Shown: positions 7,722-16,903 of the stretch, piece after piece
Numbering within the stretch: the stretch's first letter is position 1
Layout of the letters: the number at the start of each line of letters is the position of its first letter
Virus record (IMG/VR): IMGVR_UViG_3300042882_000813
Direction: 5' to 3' (one strand)
Source: an uncultured virus (IMG/VR IMGVR_UViG_3300042882_000813)
Lineage: Duplodnaviria > Heunggongvirae > Uroviricota > Caudoviricetes
DNA length: 64,000 nucleotides
The notes under the pieces: generated by a model
Told to the model about the DNA's origin: nothing
The model's input: only the letters and a program-made list of their open reading frames with translations
The model's database searches: none
Translations under genes and position numbers: made by a program

Positions 7722-7929
7722 GACTATCCAAAAATTTAAAGATTTCTTTTTTACTTGGTGTAGGATTGTCTTTAAATGTTTCTAAGAATTTTTCTTTCAA
7801 TCTTATTGGTACAACCGCGGTCTTCATTTTAATATCCATCACCCCATTTTCATCAACTTCACCATTTTCCATATAATATGCAAGGTAAAATTGTACTTCC
7901 GGTTCCTCTCTATTTATTTCCATATTCAT
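7714..7929 (-). CDS. hypothetical protein
   Basis: 71-aa ORF overlapping both neighbours in the operon. Confidence 0.6.
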   Translation of the reverse strand: MNMEINREEPEVQFYLAYYMENGEVDENGVMDIKMKTAVVPIRLKEKFLETFKDNPTPSKKEIFKFLDSHE

Positions 7930-8356
7930 TAATTTTAGTAATTAATTCACCAAGTGATGTAAATTCTGAAACGCCAGTAGTATCAATATCAATATAATTT
8001 TCAGTCGGTTTCTCATAGTTTTCAACATGAAAACCTTCCCTTCCACGAATATCATCAGTGTGAATATAAACCTCAATTACTTTTGAACTGTCCTTTAACT
8101 CATTTCTTAAATCTCTATACGGAGATACTAAGGATATAATAACATCAATACCTTTAGAGTTTAGAAATTTTGCAATGTCTTGAGCTCTTTGAATATTTTT
8201 TCGTCTTCCGTCTTCAGAGTAATCTTTGTTTTGAAAGATATCTCTAATATCGTCTCCATCTATTTGAATAATATTTTGAGGATACAAATGTTGTTTTAAT
8301 AATTTGGACAATGTGGTCTTACCAGCGTGAGGTTGTCCGATTAAATAGTAAATCAT
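7910..8356 (-). CDS. cysC: adenylyl-sulfate (APS) kinase-like protein
   Basis: P-loop GQPHAGKTT, IDGDDIR, DYSEDGRRKNIQR, VSPY, YEKP. Confidence 0.8.
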   Translation of the reverse strand: MIYYLIGQPHAGKTTLSKLLKQHLYPQNIIQIDGDDIRDIFQNKDYSEDGRRKNIQRAQDIAKFLNSKGIDVIISLVSPYRDLRNELKDSSKVIEVYIHTDDIRGREGFHVENYEKPTENYIDIDTTGVSEFTSLGELITKINEYGNK

Positions 8357-8571
8357 TTTTGTAAATTATCTATTCGTCTTTGAAGATACCAAGCAGCTTT
8401 CTTTAAGTCCTCTAACTCCTTCTCAGGATTTTTAATACCAGCTCTTGAAATATACTTAACCGTATTACCCAAGTGAAAATCTAAACCCCAAGCCTCAATA
8501 ACCTTGATAGCTTCATAAGGATTATCCGCACCACCATAATGAAGTGGGTTGTTTACCATTTCTCCACTCAT
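8353..8571 (-). CDS. DUF3310 family protein (T7 gp1.7-like nucleotide kinase domain)
   Basis: VNNPLHY...FHLGNTVKYISRAG.K...EDLKKAAWYL. Confidence 0.9.
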   Translation of the reverse strand: MSGEMVNNPLHYGGADNPYEAIKVIEAWGLDFHLGNTVKYISRAGIKNPEKELEDLKKAAWYLQRRIDNLQK

Positions 8572-8576
8572 GATGA

Positions 8577-8807
8577 TTACTGAATACTATTCTTACCTCT
8601 CTTGGTAACAGGTTTATCTTCAGACCCTTCTACAGTTTCTTTTTTAGAAACAGGTTTAACTCTTCTAGTAAGAGCTTTCCACTCACTTTTTGGACAGTAA
8701 GCCCAAACACCTGTGTTTACTTTGTTATCAGCATCTTTTTCTTCAGTTCTGATAACTTCTCCAATCTCTCTTGAGTTGGTTTTCTTGATTGTTTTAATGC
8801 ACTTCAT
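8577..8807 (-). CDS. hypothetical basic protein
   Basis: 76-aa ORF in the operon. Confidence 0.65.
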   Translation of the reverse strand: MKCIKTIKKTNSREIGEVIRTEEKDADNKVNTGVWAYCPKSEWKALTRRVKPVSKKETVEGSEDKPVTKRGKNSIQ

Positions 8808-9009
8808 AGGTTTCTTCCTCCGTGTTTAAATTAATAATGTTTAGTATTTCTTGTTCGGTTTTCCCGGACAAATATAAGTCGTAAATGATTTCACTAAGGT
8901 CATCCTCAAATATCATCACATCGGCTCGACCATAATAGAGGTTTAATCTATTATCGTTGAGAGCCGTTAAAGATGATTGTTTTGTTATGTATCTTTTGTT
9001 AAATCCCAC
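8794..9009 (-). CDS. hypothetical protein
   Basis: 71-aa ORF (GTG start) immediately after a TTGACT-17-TATAAT promoter. Confidence 0.65.
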   Translation of the reverse strand: MGFNKRYITKQSSLTALNDNRLNLYYGRADVMIFEDDLSEIIYDLYLSGKTEQEILNIINLNTEEETYEVH

Positions 9010-9015
9010 ATAAGA

Positions 9016-9044
9016 ATTATAAACAAATTATAATTCAAAGTCAA
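9016..9044 (-). promoter_or_regulatory. sigma70-consensus promoter TTGACT-N17-TATAAT
   Basis: attata 9016-9021 and agtcaa 9039-9044 on the + strand. Confidence 0.65.
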
Positions 9045-9807
9045 AGTTATTTAACTTCTCTGAGTTAACTATTTGAAAAATATATGTCATAATTTTTCGT
9101 TTCATAATTGGAACTAAGGTTTGTTCCATTGGGAAATTTTGTGAAGATTGAATTTCAAAGATTGGAAGGTCTCTAAAATATTCGGTTTGATTCCAAGTTG
9201 AAAAGGTTTCAACTATTTCCGGAACTGTTAAGTCCTCTGAAGAACCATCATATATTGAGTTCACATAAGTTTTATGATTATGATTATCTCCTTTTGATTT
9301 TTTAATCTCATATTCCCACACGAATAATTTGGAATCTATCTTATTATAATAGAAGACATATCCATGACCTGTGGCAATTGATTTTCGATTCTTTTTAATA
9401 TAAAGGTCAATGTTATCATAAGCCAAGTTCCAAATTGATTTTGCCACATTGAATGCGTCAAATAATCTTGAGTTAGAGAACTTTAATGTCTTAACCAACT
9501 CCTCTTCCTCTTCTTCTGTAAGTTCTCTTGGTTTTTTAGGTGTAAGTTCCTTTACCAAAATTTCATCATCACAAGATTCGAATTTTTTATTTGTTAATAA
9601 TAATGTATTTTCTTTAACTAATGATTGTAAGTTTGCCAAGTGCAACGAAATTTCGACAAAGTCAGGATAAATTTCCAACTTGTCGAACCCTTTCTCACAC
9701 TTTTGAATATAATCTAATAAAGTGTATTTGTTATATTCAAAGTCCAATGGTTCCTTCAACATCCACTCGGGATTTAACTTGAATGATATTTTCTTTTTTC
9801 TACCCAT
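9028..9807 (-). CDS. hypothetical protein
   Basis: 259-aa ORF. Confidence 0.8.
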   Translation of the reverse strand: MGRKKKISFKLNPEWMLKEPLDFEYNKYTLLDYIQKCEKGFDKLEIYPDFVEISLHLANLQSLVKENTLLLTNKKFESCDDEILVKELTPKKPRELTEEEEEELVKTLKFSNSRLFDAFNVAKSIWNLAYDNIDLYIKKNRKSIATGHGYVFYYNKIDSKLFVWEYEIKKSKGDNHNHKTYVNSIYDGSSEDLTVPEIVETFSTWNQTEYFRDLPIFEIQSSQNFPMEQTLVPIMKRKIMTYIFQIVNSEKLNNFDFEL

Positions 9808-9814
9808 AAGATTA

Positions 9815-9842
9815 ATTATATGAACTAATGTGAATTAGTCAA
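9815..9842 (-). promoter_or_regulatory. sigma70-consensus promoter TTGACT-N16-TATAAT (predicts a near-leaderless mRNA)
   Basis: attata 9815-9820, agtcaa 9837-9842; ATG at 9807. Confidence 0.6.
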
Positions 9843-11592
9843 TTCTCATTACATAAAACCATTTGTTACCAATTTTGACTTCGTCAGCAGAACCATCATA
9901 ACCATTTAACGTTTGACCATAACCATCAGCATCAATAACCCCTTGAATAAAATCATCTCTATCAATAAATTTATCCCATTCAAGACCATATGATTCCATA
10001 AAATCTTCCGGGTCATATCTAACATCACTAACCAATGACCTAACCTTATCTTCAATTAAATCTTCAGGATATTCTCCATCGGGATTTTCTTCTATTTCAG
10101 TAATTTCATCTTGATGAGATTCAATTAATTCATTCAACTCATCAATCTTTTCTTGAATATCGTCATCATTATCACCATCCATTTGGTCTTCTAACATGGA
10201 AATTTGTTCTTCAGCTCTTTCAATAAAAAGTCTGGCAACCCTAATATCTTCTTCTTGTCTATCCGACAATTGTTTTTCTTCTTCGTCAAAATAACTTTCA
10301 GGTGATTCCCTAACGTCATAGTCATACATTTCCTCAGCGTAATCAGCAATCGCCTCATTATCTAAATAACCCATAGCAAAACTCTTGTTAAATCCTTCAA
10401 ACCCAATATCATCAATCAAATTGTCAAGGTAGTCATAAGCACTTCTTTGCATATCATCTTCATCACCAACAGCATATCTTCTATCACTTAAGTTTGCATC
10501 AAGAACTTCAAACTCACCTAAATTATAAAATTCACCAGTTGGAATAATATTATAAACATCAATTTTGTTTCTTAATTCTTCTAATTCATCCTCTAATTCA
10601 GATTTTTGGTCAAGTAAATCCGGCTCCGGGTCTTCAGCATTATCATACTCTTGGTCCAACCTATCAATCTCTAATTCTAATCTTGTAATCTCCGCTCGGT
10701 CTTCACTAGTCATAACTTCAACAGACTCGTAACTATCAAGATAATTAAGTAACGCATTAGCTCTTAATCCTTCATCATCCATATCTTCATATCGACCACT
10801 CCATTCACCTTCTTCTCTTCGTTCTTGAGCTGCCTCTCTCTTTTCTCGTTGTTCTCTTTGAATCCTTAAATTCTCAAGTCTTTCTTTTTCTTTCTTTGCA
10901 GCCACCTTGTCAGCATATATTTTAACCTGTTCCGGATAAACCTCGTTTAGAAACTCATCAGCTGATGACATAATTTCATTATATTTTTTCTCACCAAAAA
11001 CATTTTTGGCATCAACTCTATCATCTTTAGCATCAAAGAATGAAACATCACCATCAAATTTCTTCAACATAGCGATTTTATAATTCGGGTCATTACTAGC
11101 TTTAGTCCTATCAATTATGTAGAATAATTTACCATCTTCGTTATATCTTTTGAAATGAGAATCAGTTTCAGCAGCAGTACACCATTTAGTACCTTTACCA
11201 TAATAACAAGATGATTCATAGTTCAATGGATTAACAACAAAGAAGACTCCATCATCATAAACCACGTTACCACCTTTAACTTGTTTCACATCTCTTCTAA
11301 TACGACTATCATATTTGGTTATGGAATCGTATAACTCATTAAAACTCTTATATTGATTAATATCGGTTTGAGGAAGATTAGTAGAGATGTTATTGAATCG
11401 AGTAACCGTTGGAACTACCTTTGAAAAAGTTTCGTCAAAGTTAATCTCATCTATCACTTTTCCAACCCAATCCAAATATTTTGGTGCAATACTTTTAACG
11501 ATTTTCTCTAAGTTTTGAGCCGAAAATTTCTTGGAATACTTCTTTTTGAAGTCGTCTTCTCTACTTTCTATAATTAATTCTGAAAATTGCAT
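9835..11592 (-). CDS. 'T[KR]WCT'-domain protein 1 with an acidic coiled-coil C-terminus
   Basis: SCYYGKGTKWCTAA; aligns by eye with 23085..24404 and 42784..43671. Confidence 0.85.
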   Translation of the reverse strand: MQFSELIIESREDDFKKKYSKKFSAQNLEKIVKSIAPKYLDWVGKVIDEINFDETFSKVVPTVTRFNNISTNLPQTDINQYKSFNELYDSITKYDSRIRRDVKQVKGGNVVYDDGVFFVVNPLNYESSCYYGKGTKWCTAAETDSHFKRYNEDGKLFYIIDRTKASNDPNYKIAMLKKFDGDVSFFDAKDDRVDAKNVFGEKKYNEIMSSADEFLNEVYPEQVKIYADKVAAKKEKERLENLRIQREQREKREAAQERREEGEWSGRYEDMDDEGLRANALLNYLDSYESVEVMTSEDRAEITRLELEIDRLDQEYDNAEDPEPDLLDQKSELEDELEELRNKIDVYNIIPTGEFYNLGEFEVLDANLSDRRYAVGDEDDMQRSAYDYLDNLIDDIGFEGFNKSFAMGYLDNEAIADYAEEMYDYDVRESPESYFDEEEKQLSDRQEEDIRVARLFIERAEEQISMLEDQMDGDNDDDIQEKIDELNELIESHQDEITEIEENPDGEYPEDLIEDKVRSLVSDVRYDPEDFMESYGLEWDKFIDRDDFIQGVIDADGYGQTLNGYDGSADEVKIGNKWFYVMRID

Positions 11593-11679
11593 AAATCTTT
11601 TATTTAATAAATATCGTTTTTATATTATAATTGAATCATAATCACTATTTATAGTAATAAACAATTAAAATTTATCAAC

Positions 11680-11841
11680 ATGGGATGTGGATGCAAAAAT
11701 AAGCAAAATCAAACACCGGAACAACAAGCCGTTCAAATTCAACAAGCACAAGCTGTTAAACAACAACAAACAGAAAGTGTAAAAGCAGCAATTAAGAAGA
11801 CTGTTGAGAAGTATTATAACGTGAATAAAACATCGAACTAA
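11680..11841 (+). CDS. small MGCGCK protein (53 aa; not in the ORF track)
   Basis: MGCGCKNKQNQTPEQQAVQIQQAQAVKQQQTESVKAAIKKTVEKYYNVNKTSN*, with TATTTATA at 11646 upstream and a terminator downstream. Confidence 0.75.
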   Translation: MGCGCKNKQNQTPEQQAVQIQQAQAVKQQQTESVKAAIKKTVEKYYNVNKTSN

Positions 11842-11865
11842 TCTTCAAGGGTTTGAAAAAATAAT

Positions 11866-11894
11866 AAAGGGACATAAAATTTGTCCCTTTTTTT
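11866..11894. terminator. intrinsic terminator
   Basis: AAAGGGACA...TGTCCCTTTTTTT. Confidence 0.75.
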
Positions 11895-11906
11895 ATATTT
11901 ATACAT

Positions 11907-12884
11907 ATGGATATAGATGAAGTAATAGAATTATTTAATGATACTGAGTTAGATGTTAACAAATATTTTAACGATTCAGAAACATTTTTCAAAATAATCG
12001 AGAAAAGAGGTCGTATAGATGACCTTGATTTAGAAAACAATTACATGGAAAATGACTACCTATCATATTTGTCAGAAACTAACGGTGAGAAATTTGTTGA
12101 GGAAGTACAAAAACAAATTAGTGATGTTAGATTTGATGGTGAAGTACCTGTTTTACAATTAAACGATGCTAGTGATTTGGCAAAACTATTCTGTGTCGGT
12201 AGAAATGACATTAGTCAGGATACAATTCGTGAAATACTATTAGGAGAAGCCGATTGGGATAGATATTGGGACACAACCGATGATGTTTACAGAGATGTTA
12301 TTGAAGAACTTAACGAAGAAAACCTAAAATACTTATACAGTTATATTATCAAAAATTTGGAAGGGGTTCAAATTGAACCGGAAACTGAATTACTTGGTGA
12401 AATTGCATCATCACAAAATACCGAATATGCAACCATAACTATGGTGAATGTTGAATATGTTGTTAGAGACTCAGAAACAATGGGTTATCTATTAGACCGT
12501 GATTTAAATGAATTAGATAGTGAATTAAACTCAATCCACTCTAATGCATATAATATGGCATATGAAACCGCAGTGTTTAGAGAAGTGTGGGGTAAACTTG
12601 ACGATATGTTTGACGTTGAGAAACGAAAATATGTTTATAAACCACACCCATATAAAAAAGAAACTCAAATAGAAGTACTTGAAATGCCAATTAGAGATTT
12701 CTACGAACCAATCAGAGATTATCTTTATAATAATAAAGGTACTAGTCAAACTTTAGAATACTTTGGAAATTTTATTGATATCCTTGATGAGAATGGTGAA
12801 TGTCTTAGTGTTTGGGCACCTGATTATCCTGATTCAAGTGAAATTGACAAGAACATCAACGAAATATTTGGTGATTACATATAA
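11907..12884 (+). CDS. hypothetical highly acidic protein
   Basis: 325-aa D/E-rich ORF, TATTTATA at 11896. Confidence 0.8.
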   Translation: MDIDEVIELFNDTELDVNKYFNDSETFFKIIEKRGRIDDLDLENNYMENDYLSYLSETNGEKFVEEVQKQISDVRFDGEVPVLQLNDASDLAKLFCVGRNDISQDTIREILLGEADWDRYWDTTDDVYRDVIEELNEENLKYLYSYIIKNLEGVQIEPETELLGEIASSQNTEYATITMVNVEYVVRDSETMGYLLDRDLNELDSELNSIHSNAYNMAYETAVFREVWGKLDDMFDVEKRKYVYKPHPYKKETQIEVLEMPIRDFYEPIRDYLYNNKGTSQTLEYFGNFIDILDENGECLSVWAPDYPDSSEIDKNINEIFGDYI

Positions 12885-12910
12885 AAAAAGGGACTTAAAC
12901 GAGTCCCTTT
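12883..12910. terminator. bidirectional terminator between convergent genes
   Basis: AAAAAAAGGGACT...AGTCCCTTTT. Confidence 0.75.
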
Positions 12911-14871
12911 TCTTTTGCTTTATTTTCTAATCTTTCTAATCTTTCTTCTTTCAAATCAATCAACCTTGATTGTTCTTTAATTGCCTCTAAACAAAGAGCA
13001 ATTACATCATTATATTTAACTTGATATCGAGAGTTTTCTTTTTCACTCTTAAATACCAATTCAGGTAATACGTGGGCGACTTCTTGAGCAATGAAACCAA
13101 TATCTTTACCATAATTAGGTAACAGTCCATCTTTATTCCAAATAAATGAAACACCTCTCATTCTAAGCACTTTATTTAAAGAATCTTCAATAGGTCTAAC
13201 ATTTTTTTTCATTCTACTATCAGATGGTGTGGCACCTTGAGCACCTGTTGCACCTTGAGAACCTTCGGCACCTGTAGTACCTGCAGGACCTTGAGGGCCT
13301 TTAGGTCCTTGAGCCCCTGGACTCATATTGAACCCTTGGGAACCCTGAGAACCTTGACCACCGGACGCCCCTTGTATACCTTGAGCACCTTGAGGTCCAA
13401 GTGCTCCCGGTATTACACTAGCAGCACCTTGAGCACCTTGTACTGCACTTGGAGCTCCTTGGAAACCTGTTGTACCTTGAGTTCCTTGAGGTCCTTGAGG
13501 TCCTTGAGGTCCTTGAGGTCCGACAGGTGATGCCCCCGCAAAACCTGTATCACCTTGAACACCTTGAGCGCCTTGTCCTCCTTGAGAACCTTGTCCTCCT
13601 TGAGAACCTTGAGAACCTTGAGAACCTTGTGGTCCTGTTGCACCTTGAGAACCTTGTGGTCCTGTCCCAGTACCATCACCTGGACTACCTTGAGAACCTT
13701 GAGCACCTTGAGAACCTTGCCCCCCTGCTGGTCCAACAAACCCCGTAGGTCCTGTAAAACCTTGGAAACCTTGAGCGCCTACGGGACCTTGAGAACCTTT
13801 TGGACCTGTAACTCCTTGTGAACCTTGAGAACCTTGAGCACCTTGTCCACCGGCAGGACCTGTTGACCCTTTTGGACCTTGAACACCTTGAGACCCCTGA
13901 GACCCTTGTCCACCGGCAGGACCTGTTGACCCTTTTGGACCTTGAACACCCTTAAATCCCGTGGCACCATTATCCCCTTGAGAACCTTGAGAACCATCCG
14001 GTCCTTGAGGACCTTTAGTACCTGTTAATCCTTGTCCACCCGTTGGTCCTGTTGGACCTTTTGGACCAACATCACCTGTTGCTCCTTGTAAACCGGTTCC
14101 TCCATTCAACCCTATTGGTCCGGTAGAACCTTGTGAACCTTGTGAACCTTGAGAACCTTGACCTCCTGTTGGTCCTGTTGTACCAATCACACCTTGGTCC
14201 CCTTGAGGACCTTTAGGTCCCTGAGAACCTGTCGCACCAGGAGTAACACCTTGAGAACCTTGTGGTCCTTGTGCTCCTTGTGTTCCTTGTGGTCCTTGTG
14301 AACCTTGTGCCCCTTGTACCCCTTGTGTACCTTGTGGTCCTTTTGGACCTTGAGGCCCTTGATGCCCTTGAGCTCCTTGAGCTCCTTGAGCTCCTTGAGG
14401 ACCTTGGTCTCCTTGAGCACCTTGAGCCCCTTGAGAACCTTTTGGACCTTGAGAACCTTGAGCCCCTTGAGAACCTTGCAGACCTGCAGGCCCTTGATGT
14501 CCTTGAGGACCTTGGGCACCTTGTGGACCTTTGGTCCCTTGGGAGCCAGCACTACCTTGAACACCTTGGGCACCTTGACCACCTTGTGAACCTACAGCAC
14601 CCTGAGCTCCTGTTGGCTGTCTATTTCCTAACCATCCTGTAGAATTAATTAAAGAACCATAATTATTAATAAAGGTATTAATAACATATAATCCGTCATT
14701 GGTGCTCACTCTAAAGTTTGGATAATTGTTATCCATACTTAAGTATGTTAATCCACCCGTCGAGGTAAATTTTAACGAACCAGAATTAATAATAAAAACA
14801 GTCTCCACATTAAGTGAACTACTTAAATCAATTCTCCCATCACCCGGGGTTATTATAATATTCTCAGACAC
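12895..14871 (-). CDS. collagen-like fibre protein with C-terminal intramolecular chaperone (peptidase S74) domain
   Basis: About 461 aa of Gly-X-Y, then SDSRMKKNV...GFIAQEV...PELV. Confidence 0.9.
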   Translation of the reverse strand: MSENIIITPGDGRIDLSSSLNVETVFIINSGSLKFTSTGGLTYLSMDNNYPNFRVSTNDGLYVINTFINNYGSLINSTGWLGNRQPTGAQGAVGSQGGQGAQGVQGSAGSQGTKGPQGAQGPQGHQGPAGLQGSQGAQGSQGPKGSQGAQGAQGDQGPQGAQGAQGAQGHQGPQGPKGPQGTQGVQGAQGSQGPQGTQGAQGPQGSQGVTPGATGSQGPKGPQGDQGVIGTTGPTGGQGSQGSQGSQGSTGPIGLNGGTGLQGATGDVGPKGPTGPTGGQGLTGTKGPQGPDGSQGSQGDNGATGFKGVQGPKGSTGPAGGQGSQGSQGVQGPKGSTGPAGGQGAQGSQGSQGVTGPKGSQGPVGAQGFQGFTGPTGFVGPAGGQGSQGAQGSQGSPGDGTGTGPQGSQGATGPQGSQGSQGSQGGQGSQGGQGAQGVQGDTGFAGASPVGPQGPQGPQGPQGTQGTTGFQGAPSAVQGAQGAASVIPGALGPQGAQGIQGASGGQGSQGSQGFNMSPGAQGPKGPQGPAGTTGAEGSQGATGAQGATPSDSRMKKNVRPIEDSLNKVLRMRGVSFIWNKDGLLPNYGKDIGFIAQEVAHVLPELVFKSEKENSRYQVKYNDVIALCLEAIKEQSRLIDLKEERLERLENKAKEKGLV

Positions 14872-16903
14872 CTGTAAGTTGTTTTAATTTATTTATTCTT
14901 TCATATATTGAGTCAACTCTTCTTTTTTGTTCTTGAATCCCTCCAATACCTAAACTAACCATTTGACCATAATTAACACTTTTCCAACCCTCATCATCAG
15001 TAAACACCATTTCCGGAATAACCTCTTCTAAGTCTTGAGCAATAAATCCAATTGAATCTCCTGAAAATGCCTCTTGGAAAGATATAGATTTATTATCTTT
15101 AATTTTAGTATGCTCACTATCCCATTCAAACATAACCCCATGTATTTTATCAGTTTTTTGTAAAACATTTTCTATTGGTGTTATATTATCTTTTAGTCGT
15201 TTATCTGATGGAGGCCCTTGAGAACCTTGTGCTCCTTGGAAACCTTGAGCTCCTTGGGCACCTGCGGCACCTTGACTACCAGTCGCACCTTGAGCACCTT
15301 GAGCAGCGTTAACCCCTTGAGCACCTTGAGAACCTTGAGGTCCTGCTGTAAATCCTTGTGCTCCTTGAACACCTTGGAAACCAGTAGTTCCTTGAGGTCC
15401 TTTTGTACCTTGAGCACCTGTAGGACCTTGAGGTCCCGTCGCTCCTGAAGGTCCCGGAAAACCTACAAAACCTGTAGGTCCAGGAAATCCTTGAGAACCT
15501 TGAGACCCTTGAGACCCTAAAGCCCCTTGAGCACCTGTAGGTCCGATAAATCCTGTAGGCCCCGGTGCACCTACATTTAATCCTTGAGCCCCTTGAGCCC
15601 CTTGAGCACCTTGAGCACCTTGTGGTCCTGTTGCCCCAGCAACAAGACTAGCGGGACCTTGAGTACCTTGTGGTCCTTGAGGTCCTGTAAATCCAGGAGC
15701 ACCTTGTGCTAATCCTTGAGCGCCTTGAGAACCTTGAAGTCCTTGAGGTCCTACGTTACCTGTAACCACCGAATTAGACCCCGTATCACCTTGAGCACCT
15801 TGTGTACCTTGAGCACCTTGGTTTCCGGGTGCCCCGGCATTTACTCCTTGAGCACCTTGGGACCCTTGTGTACCTGAAAATCCCGGAGCACCTTGAGCTC
15901 CTGTATTCGCACCTTGAGAACCTTGAGAACCTTGAGCACCTTGAATACCTTGAGGACCTTGAACACCTTGAACACTACTATTAGCACCTTGAGGCCCTTG
16001 AGGTCCTTGGAATCCTTGAGTACCTTGAGAACCTTGAACCACACTTTGAGCACCTTGAGAACCTTGAGCACCTTGAGCACCTTGAGCACCTTGAGCACCT
16101 TGTGTTACCCCTTGTGCTCCTTGAGAACCTTGAGAACCTTGAGCTCCTTGGTTTCCGGTTGCACCGGCATTTAAACCTTGAGCTCCTTGAGAACCTTGAG
16201 AACCTTGTGGTCCTGTAAATCCTTGAACTCCTTGAGCACCTTGTGGACCTTGTGGTCCTTGAGCACCTTGAAATCCTGTAGTACCTTGTGCACCTGTGGG
16301 ACCTTGAGCACCTTGAGCACCTTGAGCTCCTTGGGCACCTTGAGAACCTTGAACACCTGTTGGTCCTGTGAAACCGGTGAACCCAACAAATCCTTGAGGA
16401 CCTTGAAATCCTTGTGAACCTTGAGGACCATTATTACCTACATCACCTTGAGCACCTTGGGCACCTTGAGCACCTTGGGAACCTTGAGGTCCTTGAGGCC
16501 CTGTAAATCCTGTAAATCCTGTAAAACCTTGAAAACCTTGAGAACCAACCGGTCCTTGAGCACCTTGAGCACCTTGAGCACCAATATTCCCTTGAGCACC
16601 TTGACCACCTTGAGCACCTTGAAATCCAATTAACGGTTCTGGTGGTCCTACCCATACGGCTGAACTGTTTATCATTTGGACACCCCCAACAACTAAATAA
16701 GAACCAGCGCCTCCGGTTACTGTTGCACCCGACACAGTAACATTTTGAGGCCCAATGTTAACCCCATCACTAATTGTTGAAGAAGATAACGATAAAAAAC
16801 CATTCTTAACATTAAATTGCAACTTAGATGACCCATCATCAAAAACCATATGTGGGTCAGTGTTACCAACGTTACCCTGAGGGTAAATAATAATATTCGC
16901 CAT
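14864..16903 (-). CDS. collagen-like fibre protein with S74 chaperone domain
   Basis: About 473 aa of Gly-X-Y, then SDKRLKDNI...GFIAQDL...PEMV. Confidence 0.9.
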   Translation of the reverse strand: MANIIIYPQGNVGNTDPHMVFDDGSSKLQFNVKNGFLSLSSSTISDGVNIGPQNVTVSGATVTGGAGSYLVVGGVQMINSSAVWVGPPEPLIGFQGAQGGQGAQGNIGAQGAQGAQGPVGSQGFQGFTGFTGFTGPQGPQGSQGAQGAQGAQGDVGNNGPQGSQGFQGPQGFVGFTGFTGPTGVQGSQGAQGAQGAQGAQGPTGAQGTTGFQGAQGPQGPQGAQGVQGFTGPQGSQGSQGAQGLNAGATGNQGAQGSQGSQGAQGVTQGAQGAQGAQGAQGSQGAQSVVQGSQGTQGFQGPQGPQGANSSVQGVQGPQGIQGAQGSQGSQGANTGAQGAPGFSGTQGSQGAQGVNAGAPGNQGAQGTQGAQGDTGSNSVVTGNVGPQGLQGSQGAQGLAQGAPGFTGPQGPQGTQGPASLVAGATGPQGAQGAQGAQGAQGLNVGAPGPTGFIGPTGAQGALGSQGSQGSQGFPGPTGFVGFPGPSGATGPQGPTGAQGTKGPQGTTGFQGVQGAQGFTAGPQGSQGAQGVNAAQGAQGATGSQGAAGAQGAQGFQGAQGSQGPPSDKRLKDNITPIENVLQKTDKIHGVMFEWDSEHTKIKDNKSISFQEAFSGDSIGFIAQDLEEVIPEMVFTDDEGWKSVNYGQMVSLGIGGIQEQKRRVDSIYERINKLKQLTGV

